Shown: positions 57,301-64,000 of the stretch, in pieces
Layout: each line of letters opens with the position of its first letter
Numbering within the stretch: the stretch's first letter is position 1
DNA from: Minisyncoccota bacterium
GTDB taxonomy: Bacteria > Patescibacteriota > Minisyncoccia > Phycocordibacterales > UBA6065
Reading direction: 5' to 3'
DNA length: 64,000 nucleotides
NCBI GenBank assembly: GCA_035438745.1
Contig: DAORIX010000002.1
Coordinates: 1,830-65,829, forward strand
Program-made: the position numbers and the translations under genes
Notes under the pieces: generated by a model
Databases searched by the model: none
Seen by the model: the letters and a program-made list of their open reading frames with translations, nothing else
What the model was told of the DNA's origin: nothing

Positions 57301-60300
57301 TCCGTTTTGAGCACCGTTTCCAATAGTTGATGAAGCTGAAACGAGTATGCCGAGTGTTGTTGTTGGAGCGAGATAACCGTTAGTGATCTCCCATGCTTTA
57401 CCGAATGTAAGTCCGCTACCACCTACTGATCCTGTGATACATGATCCGTTAATAGCGAAACATCCTCCAGTAAGATTGAATCCAACGTTTGAGGTTGATG
57501 TAGCAGAGCCTGAGATGTTGAGGCCTGAGAGTGTTGTGGTACCAAAGCCTGTAGCTGATACAGAGAGGAGCGTTGTTGAGGCGCTTGAAGTAACTTCAAA
57601 GGCACGACCCGTTGTTGTTGCCCATACAGAGAGACGAGCATATGGAGTGGTTGTTCCAATTCCTACTGCACTATTTTGTATACCTCCAACACCGTTTGAT
57701 TCTGCGTAAACAGTAAGGAGAGGATTTCCGTTAATTTCTGCAGTGTAGCTATGCTTTGTAGCGAGAGGAGATGCTGCGGTCACTGGCATATCTGTCCATG
57801 TCACGATACCTGAGTCTGTATCAAAGGTAGTGAGGCCGAGTTGGAGATTATCGATGCTTGTGACGTTTGATGAGAAATCATATCTCAAAGATCCATTACC
57901 AACATCGAGTCCTCCAGCAAAGGTTGATGTTGCTGTCGTTGATGTTGCGGTGAAATTACGCGCAACTACTTCACCGACAACTGAAAGTTTTGCGTATGGA
58001 GTTGTAGTACCGATACCAACGCTTCCATTAAAGTATGCATTGCCGGTAGTAGTTGAGTTTCCAGAAACAGTGAGACCTCCCTGTCCTGTACCATTTCCGA
58101 TTGTTGATGAAGCTGAAACGAGAACACCGAGAGTGGTTGTAGGTCGGAGTGAACCAGCAACTATAGACCAGTCACGGAATTGTGAAGCGTAATAATCTTG
58201 TGATGTTGTAGCCCATGATCCAGCAGCTGCTCCACAAGCAGAACCTGTACCTGATACCTGACCAAGAGAGTTCACTTGGAGACACTGAGTAGAGCCGGTT
58301 ATTGAAGTGATAGTGAGATTCGTTGTGGTTGCAGTGCCTGTAGCAAAGAGATTTGCGACAGTGAGATTACCTGAGAAGAGGCCGTTACCCTGTACTGAAA
58401 GTTTCGTTGCTGGGGTTGTTGTACCGATAGCCATATTTCCTGCAAAGTAACCATCTCCGTTGTCGAGGTCCACAAATGCAACGTTCGTGTTGTTTCCCAT
58501 CCACTGGAACTTATTCTCAGGATTATTCCAATACAAACCGTATGTATCGTAATTGGTAGATCCGATAAAGAAAGACATTACATATCGACTCGAGCTTGCA
58601 TCAAATCTCCAACGACCAGTTGAACTAATATCTCCTACAATTTCGAGAGCATCGCGAGGAGCCGGTGCGTTTATACCAACCCTTCCGTTATTAAGTACGG
58701 TGAAGAGTGTGGTTGTTGAGTTTGACGTAGATGACGCTATAGAGAAGAGAGATGTGTTGGTTTCTCCGTTGTATGCATGCACAGAAAGTTTTGAGACAGG
58801 AGTTGAGGTACCAATGCCAACATTTCCAGTTGATGATATTCTCATTCTTTCAGTATTGTTTGTACCGAAGAGAATACTGTTAGCGCTGTTGTTACCGATA
58901 AGCAAGTTTGTAGAAGAAATAAGAGATGAAACCGCAAAAGAGCTTACTCCCCACACTGAACCCGTAGCACCTGCTCCATACATTCTCAAAGTAAGGTTCG
59001 ATGCAGCTCCAAGACTCTGGAGAACAAGGTTCGCAGAACCGCTCGCACCGTTTGATGTCTCCTGAACTTCGATACCTGAATGTGCATTAGCAGTGCTCTT
59101 TATTTTCAAAAGCGCATTAGAAAGTGTTCCGCTGTATGTACCACCAATAGCCATTACACCTGTAGTAGTTGAGTTTCCAGAAACAGTGAGACCTCCCTGT
59201 CCTGTACCATTTCCGATTGTTGAAGAAGCTGAGACGAGGACACCGAGAGTGGTTGTAGGTCGGAGGTATCCGTTGAATATTGAGAAATCACGGAATTGTG
59301 AAGCGTAATAATCTTGTGAGGTTGTAGCCCATGATCCAGCAGCTGCTCCACAGGCAGAACCTGTGCCAGATACCTGACCGAGAGAGTTCACTTGGAGACA
59401 CTGAGTAGAGCCGGTGATTGAGGTGATAGCGAGGTTGGTGGTTGATGCGGTGCCTGTAGCGGTGAGGTTTCCTCCGATGTATGCAGAGCCGGCTACTGAG
59501 AGACGTGCGAATGGAGATGAGGTTGCGATACCGAAGTTACCAGCACTAGAGAACTTGAAGCGTTCCATGTAATTAGCACCTCCATCTAGATTGCCCCATG
59601 CCAATCCCTCATCCTGAGTGGTTGAAGCAAACCAGAAAACAGATGGAGTATCTTGATTTGAAATAAAGAATTGAGGTGACTGAGTTGAGTAGGCTATCAT
59701 ACCAAGCATAGAAGAAACTTCGCCAACAAAGACAGACTCACTATCTACAATTAAATTTGTAGTTCTCAACATATCGCCGAGAACAGTCAAAGATCCCGTC
59801 GTCGTAGCACCACCAGAAATAGTGAGGCCTCCCTGTCCTGTACCATTTCCAATTGTTGAAGAAGCTGAAATGAGCACACCGAGTGTTGTTGTCGGACGAA
59901 GTGAGCCTGCGACTATAGACCAATCACGGAATTGCGAGTTGTAGAAGTTAGCTGAAGTTGTAGCCCATGATGAAGATCCTGCTCCGCAGGCAGAACCTGT
60001 TCCTGATACCTGACCGAGAGAGTTGACTTGGAGACATTGAGTAGAGCCGGTGATTGAGGTGATAGCGAGGTTGGTGGTTGATGCGGTGCCTGTAGCAAAG
60101 AGATTTGCGACAGTGAGATTGCCTGAGAAGAGACCATTACCCTGGACTGAGAGTGTGGTAAATGGCGTTGAGGTGCCAATGCCTATACTGCCCGAATCTG
60201 TAATTCTTAGACGTTCTAATTTTGTGGTGCCACCACTGAGAGTGGTGTCAAAAGTGATGTATGTTCCTTGATTTGTTGTTGACCAACCCTCTGCTGTTTT

Positions 60301-63300
60301 GAAAGAAATACTTGCCTTAGAAGCACTTGTAAATGATTGCCCTGTATGGCCGCGACCTCCAAATACCATAAGGTCTTGATTCGCAGTAACAGCAGAAGGA
60401 GAATCAGATGTTCCTCCTGATCTTCGTCCGATTAAACCAACTCCAGTTGTATTGCTATACAAATCAAGCAACATTGCGCCTGATGATTGTGTAAACACGG
60501 TATGGAATCTTGACTCTGGGCTTGTTGTTCCCACACCCACATTTCCAAACTTGTCTACAATAAACACAGTGCTTGTGGCAGTGCCTGCTGTTGAGCTTGC
60601 GATAACAAAGAATGGTGTAGCAGGATTTGTGGTGGTAGCTATTGAGAGTTGTGCCCACGGAGTTGTAGTACCGAGACCGATAGTACCAGTGATAAAGGCT
60701 CCTGAAATGTCATTTGATGTTCCGCTTCCAAGAGAAAGCTTTCCATCTGAAAGTCGAGTAAGGACAGTATCAAAGTCATTAAGGAACGGCTGTCCTATAC
60801 TCAAAGCGCCATTTAGAGCAACCAACGTATCAGTTCCAGTCAATATAGGAGTGTTATCAGGTCTCTGTATAGAAATATTTCCTAGGCCAGGATTCGTTGA
60901 ACCATCCATCAACTTGAAACCAAAAGATCCAGACCCTGATGTAAATGCTGCATATGGTGCTCCAATATTAGGTGTAGAAAAAGCAGAGGCATATGCATTA
61001 CCTGTGGTCGTTGAGTTTCCAGAAATAGTGAGTCCTCCCTGTCCTGTACCGTTTCCAATTGTTGAAGACGCTGAAACGAGAATACCGAGAGTTGTTGTTG
61101 GACGGAGTGAGCCGGCGACTATAGACCAATCACGGAACTGTGAGTTGTAGAAGTTAGCTGACGTTGTTGAGAACGCTGAAAGAGACTGCTGTGTGAGCCA
61201 GTAGTTAGATGAGGTTGTTGAGAATGAGAGACCTTGTGAAGCGAAGTATGAAGCTGATGTGGTAGACCAACGAGAAAGTGTAGAGTCCCAGTATGCAGCT
61301 GAGGTTGTTGAGAAGAAGTTGTTAACTGACTTCCAGTAGTCAGATGATGTTGTTGACCATGCAAATGCAGAGGTGAGGTAGTCTGTACCTGCTACAGCTG
61401 GTACTACTTGGCCGAGAGCGTTTGTTTTGAGGAGAGTACCGAGTACGTTGGTGATGCTGAGGTTAGTTGTGGTTGCTGTACCTGTAGCGGTGAGGTTACC
61501 TCCGATGTATGCATCGCCGGCTACTGAGAGACGCTTGAATGGAGATGTTGTACCTACACCCACAAAACCAGAAACTGCAGATGCTCCGAGGATGGTGAGC
61601 TTTGCATCATTTGATGGGCCAATCTGAGTTGATGACGCTGTGCTGTTTGTAATTCCCCATCCAATTGCGCTCGCACCTACTGCAGAAACGGTATTTCCTA
61701 CACCGAGAGTGATTGAGTTTACTGTGTTGATACTGTTGTTTGAACCAATACCAATTGAGCGGCGTCCTGCAATGAGATTTGCTGTACCGATAGCGATTGA
61801 ATCCTGCTGATTTGCTTCTGCGGTATAACCAATAGCCACAGAGTTTACTCCAGCTGCAATAGAAGTATTACCGATAGCTGTTGCGCGTGACTGGCTTGCT
61901 GTGTTTTGGAAACCGATAGCGGTTGTCTCGGTAAACGACGCGATGTTTCCATAACCAACAGCAGTGATGAATGAGCTTGAAACATTGTTTCCGATACCGA
62001 GAGCGGTTGAGCTGTCTTGGCTGATGCTGTTACCCTGTCCAAAAGACATACCAAAGTTACCAGTGATGTTGTTGTTGATACCGACAGACACTGCGTTTGT
62101 TCCTCCTGCTGTGTTGAGGAGACCAAATGCAACTGACTGATTTCCGCTCGTCACTTGAGTGAGAGCTGAACGATATCCCTGAACGTCGATAGATCCAATT
62201 CCACGAGCATCTCCCGTTGTGTCTCCGATAGCAACAACACTATTTGCTGAACCGATATTGAGTCCTCCATATATAGACACTTTTGCTGTTGCCTCAGGTG
62301 TTGTGGTGCCTATAGCAACTCCGCCAGCTATATAAGCGTCACCCGTCGTTGTAGCACCACCAGAAATAGTGAGACCTCCATTTTGTGTTCCAGAGCCGAT
62401 GGTTGAAGAAGCTGAGACGAGAACACCAAGTGTTGTGGTTGGACGAAGTGTTCCAGATACAACGTTCCAATCTTTAAATGCTGATGAGATGTAGTCTGTA
62501 CCTGCTACAGCTGGTACTACCTGACCGATAGCGTTTGTTTTGAGGAGAGTGCTGAGTGCGCTTGTGATGCTGAGGTTAGTTGTGGTTGCTGTACCTGTAG
62601 CGAGAAGGTTTGCGAGAGTTACGTTGCCTGAGAAGAGACCATTGCCTTGTACTGAGAGTGTGGTTGCCGGAGTAGTTGTTCCCACACCAACACTGCCAGC
62701 AAAATATGACTTAGCTGTTGCGTTTGAATAGAGGGCGTAATTGTCAGCACCAGTAGCCGGTCCTTCTATCTGAATACCATAATTTGTAGTTCCGCCAGTA
62801 GAATACGCGTAGAGACCTGTATTTAAAGTAGCTCCTACTCCAGTAGCGAGGCCGACAACTCCATAATTGTTACCAGAAGTTGAGAGGCTCTCAGAGCGAA
62901 TCAGTCCTTGGCCTGAAGCTGAAGTTGAGCGCACATGTAGTTTTGACTCTGAACTTGGAGTAATGATTCCGACTCCTATGGTTCCCGCAAAATATGCATT
63001 ACCAGTCGTTGTCGCACCACCAGAAATGGTGAGTCCTCCATTTTGAGCACCGTTTCCAATAGTCGAAGAAGCAGAGATGAGAACACCAAGAGTCGTTGTT
63101 GGACGAAGAGTTCCTGCGACTATAGACCAATCACGGAACTGTGAGTTGTAGAAGTTTTGTGAAGTAGTCGAGAACGCAAGTCCCTGTGAAGCGAAGTATG
63201 AAGCTGAGGTTGTTGAGAAGAATTCACCGAGGAGAGCAGAAGTGATGAGACCGTTTGAATTAGTCTTGAGGAATGAAGATGCGAGTCCTGAGAGAACGAG

Positions 63301-64000
63301 GTTGGTTGTCGTTGCGTTTGTTGTTGTGCTGTTGGTGATTGTGAGTGAGCCGATGGTTGATGAAGCAGTGAGGATGAGTCCACGAGTTGTTGTAGGTGCG
63401 AGATATCCATTGCCTTGAACAGTGAGAGCGTTAAAGAGTGAAGCGTAGTAGTTTTGTGATGTTGTAGCCCAGCCAGTGAGTGTGAGAGAACCTCCGAGTG
63501 ATACTGATCCTCCACCGGTGATACCACCAGCGGTGTTCAAAGTAATAGATGAGTTTTGAAGTTGTGCGTTTCCAATAGTAGATGTAGCAACAACTCGTCC
63601 AGAAGCATTCACTGAAAGGAGTGATGATGTGATTCCTGTGATAGCGAGGTTGGTTGTGGTTGCGTTTGTGGTTGTACCGTTTGTGACAGAAAGATTGTTG
63701 ATTGTAGATGATGCGGTGACGAAGATTCCTCGAGTGGTTGTAGGAGCGAGAGCGCCGAATGAGTTGATAGACCAGTCACGGAATGATGATGAGAGGTAGT
63801 CTACTCCTTCTACTGCATTTGAGAGCACACCTGAAGTTGATTTAATGATGCCGTTTGAGAGAGCGGTGAGTGTGACTGTACCCGTAGCAGTGAGGTTACC
63901 TCCGATGTATGCATCTCCTGCGACTGAGAGGCGTGCGAATGGAGATGTGGTAGCGATACCAAGGTTGGCGGTTGATCCAGGAGCAGAGGTAAAATGCCCT
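54337..64000 (-). CDS. Giant (>3200 aa) repetitive fibre/adhesin-like protein with YadA-like head repeats and peptidase S74 chaperone domain; start beyond window
   Basis: Frame open to window end; many GNVGIGT..P...L.V.G units; 14-aa S.A.G..N repeats; [18 protein letters not shown] + coiled coil. Confidence 0.88.
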   Translation of the reverse strand, partial: GHFTSAPGSTANLGIATTSPFARLSVAGDAYIGGNLTATGTVTLTALSNGIIKSTSGVLSNAVEGVDYLSSSFRDWSINSFGALAPTTTRGIFVTASSTINNLSVTNGTTTNATTTNLAITGITSSLLSVNASGRVVATSTIGNAQLQNSSITLNTAGGITGGGSVSLGGSLTLTGWATTSQNYYASLFNALTVQGNGYLAPTTTRGLILTASSTIGSLTITNSTTTNATTTNLVLSGLASSFLKTNSNGLITSALLGEFFSTTSASYFASQGLAFSTTSQNFYNSQFRDWSIVAGTLRPTTTLGVLISASSTIGNGAQNGGLTISGGATTTGNAYFAGTIGVGIITPSSESKLHVRSTSASGQGLIRSESLSTSGNNYGVVGLATGVGATLNTGLYAYSTGGTTNYGIQIEGPATGADNYALYSNATAKSYFAGSVGVGTTTPATTLSVQGNGLFSGNVTLANLLATGTATTTNLSITSALSTLLKTNAIGQVVPAVAGTDYISSAFKDWNVVSGTLRPTTTLGVLVSASSTIGSGTQNGGLTISGGATTTGDAYIAGGVAIGTTTPEATAKVSIYGGLNIGSANSVVAIGDTTGDARGIGSIDVQGYRSALTQVTSGNQSVAFGLLNTAGGTNAVSVGINNNITGNFGMSFGQGNSISQDSSTALGIGNNVSSSFITAVGYGNIASFTETTAIGFQNTASQSRATAIGNTSIAAGVNSVAIGYTAEANQQDSIAIGTANLIAGRRSIGIGSNNSINTVNSITLGVGNTVSAVGASAIGWGITNSTASSTQIGPSNDAKLTILGASAVSGFVGVGTTSPFKRLSVAGDAYIGGNLTATGTATTTNLSITNVLGTLLKTNALGQVVPAVAGTDYLTSAFAWSTTSSDYWKSVNNFFSTTSAAYWDSTLSRWSTTSASYFASQGLSFSTTSSNYWLTQQSLSAFSTTSANFYNSQFRDWSIVAGSLRPTTTLGILVSASSTIGNGTGQGGLTISGNSTTTGNAYASAFSTPNIGAPYAAFTSGSGSFGFKLMDGSTNPGLGNISIQRPDNTPILTGTDTLVALNGALSIGQPFLNDFDTVLTRLSDGKLSLGSGTSNDISGAFITGTIGLGTTTPWAQLSIATTTNPATPFFVIASSTAGTATSTVFIVDKFGNVGVGTTSPESRFHTVFTQSSGAMLLDLYSNTTGVGLIGRRSGGTSDSPSAVTANQDLMVFGGRGHTGQSFTSASKASISFKTAEGWSTTNQGTYITFDTTLSGGTTKLERLRITDSGSIGIGTSTPFTTLSVQGNGLFSGNLTVANLFATGTASTTNLAITSITGSTQCLQVNSLGQVSGTGSACGAGSSSWATTSANFYNSQFRDWSIVAGSLRPTTTLGVLISASSTIGNGTGQGGLTISGGATTTGSLTVLGDMLRTTNLIVDSESVFVGEVSSMLGMIAYSTQSPQFFISNQDTPSVFWFASTTQDEGLAWGNLDGGANYMERFKFSSAGNFGIATSSPFARLSVAGSAYIGGNLTATGTASTTNLAITSITGSTQCLQVNSLGQVSGTGSACGAAAGSWATTSQDYYASQFRDFSIFNGYLRPTTTLGVLVSASSTIGNGTGQGGLTVSGNSTTTGVMAIGGTYSGTLSNALLKIKSTANAHSGIEVQETSNGASGSANLVLQSLGAASNLTLRMYGAGATGSVWGVSSFAVSSLISSTNLLIGNNSANSILFGTNNTERMRISSTGNVGIGTSTPVSKLSVHAYNGETNTSLFSIASSTSNSTTTLFTVLNNGRVGINAPAPRDALEIVGDISSTGRWRFDASSSRYVMSFFIGSTNYDTYGLYWNNPENKFQWMGNNTNVAFVDLDNGDGYFAGNMAIGTTTPATKLSVQGNGLFSGNLTVANLFATGTATTTNLTITSITGSTQCLQVNSLGQVSGTGSACGAAAGSWATTSQDYYASQFRDWSIVAGSLRPTTTLGVLVSASSTIGNGTGQGGLTVSGNSTTTGNAYFNGSVGIGTTTPYAKLSVVGEVVARNFTATSTTATSTFAGGLDVGNGSLRYDFSSNVTSIDNLQLGLTTFDTDSGIVTWTDMPVTAASPLATKHSYTAEINGNPLLTVYAESNGVGGIQNSAVGIGTTTPYARLSVWATTTGRAFEVTSSASTTLLSVSATGFGTTTLSGLNISGSATSTSNVGFNLTGGCFAINGSCITGSVGGSGLTFGKAWEITNGYLAPTTTLGILVSASSTIGNGAQNGGLTISGGATTTGNLSVSGSLGVDTGIYSTNGLLQLGSGATSQNAQLLFNNSGDNYLNVTTNYTGGTANFIAFSPAQSEAMRIVQGGRIGIGTSTPFTRLSVAGNAYIGGNLTATGTASTTALVITGLNCTGNTNGGALTTNALGQVVCSDDDGGAGGGGSANSKWATSTLDALSIYTNSAYRMGLGTTSPWGILSVSTTTNPVSPFFVIASSTAGTATSTVFIVDRFGNVGVGTTTPFNTFSVLSSATAATAFFRGTTNTRVTIQGAAGNVGGGTANPVLRINNSSGVQVAFIREDGLIGSSNLGTLDDQTAMLVDSSTESANYPRGVNLGYQAIVGWGNDQWWSTKDIGISRGEAGKLFVGAGTKGSSVGTLVAGTVGVGTTSPYAKLSVGSHNGAVATPLFVIATSSTNLATSTLFIVSGNGNVGIGTTSPYAKLSVVGEVVAEKFTATSTTATSTFAGGFNVGNGSLRYDFSSGVTNIDNLQLGITTFDSDAGIVTWTDMPVTSASADGTKQSYTAAINGDPLLTVYAESNGAGGIKNTAVGIGTSSPYAKLSVAGAVVAEKFTATSTSATSTIFGYLDVLGTGANSTSTYSSNLWVKGNLRTTGNTYTGDLVFANSFAFTEGDLNPSVLQKLILKDNEGDEVFVIDANGHAGFGTTSAAYKLYVDGDVAATSFVNVSTRDAKKDITYLSQEEKASVLDTIRNIGVATYHYNTESGSEPLRLGLIAEEAPLEVLAPGGKGVDIYKLSTYILAGVQEQVRVIDALSDRVTTLEARLDATANLLASIMSSTTATSTFEALSGTTTASTTASTTISIVSEWFTQIGVVFENTIARFTDIFAETITVNNLVANAVTAKSLKIVPDDRSTAGITVTDRITGESVCMFIANGVMQSEAGECGATTTSPIIPTPDPEPTPTPEPTPTPDPEPTPESTPDPEPAPTPDPEPTPTPEPTPTPDPEPTPESTPDPEPAPTPDPEPAPEPAPETP
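54367..54580. repeat. 96-bp perfect tandem repeat (~2.2 copies) encoding Pro/Glu/Thr/Asp tail
   Basis: ggttcaggatctgggg recurs at 54368, 54464, 54560. Confidence 0.9.

Noticed and set aside
597-63527. Numerous short overlapping/antisense ORFs in the six-frame track (e.g. 9759-10325, 60452-61150)
   Set aside because: Shadow frames of well-supported genes with no recognisable motifs
54337-64000. Repeats as CRISPR array or DGR template/variable pair
   Set aside because: Repeats are in-frame coding blocks of variable length; no cas or reverse transcriptase gene in the window; I saw no adenine-specific mismatch pattern
1-64000. UGA reassignment (code 25) as in Gracilibacteria/Absconditabacteria
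   Set aside because: Conserved genes are full length in code 11, and def and holB end in TGA at expected positions

Overview
The window looks like a Patescibacteria (CPR), probably Parcubacteria, chromosome segment in standard genetic code 11. This is inferred from the gene set, two mreB paralogues, an HTH-MurA fusion, a helicase-degenerate PriA and ATST-rich secreted proteins. 1-25.5 kb is housekeeping: the dcw start (mraZ-rsmH-ftsL-ftsI-murF), lysS, greA, mreBCD-pbp2, proS, rseP, frr, holB-like, priA-def-fmt. It also holds an unannotated structured ncRNA candidate with its own promoter and terminator. 25.86-41.7 kb is a ~15.8 kb integrative element inserted at the 3' end of a tRNA-Asn(GUU) gene. 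That tRNA is split at 35/36 by a group I intron carrying an HNH endonuclease ORF. The element encodes a large serine recombinase whose C-terminus appears to be exchanged on integration/excision, a phage-type replication protein, a terS-like gene beside attL, a C4-like antisense RNA, DUF3800, and a 2899-aa SpvB/FG-GAP/Rhs polymorphic toxin with immunity gene(s). I read it as a candidate CPR phage satellite. 45.9-49.3 kb is a cobalamin-riboswitch-led operon of transcobalamin-like (DUF4430) proteins plus a lone ECF S-component. 49-64 kb is a surface/adhesion locus: two triple-LamG proteins and a >3200-aa mosaic fibre-like protein with YadA-like repeats and a peptidase S74 chaperone domain, running off the window end. 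All family assignments come from motif recognition by eye; no database searches were run.
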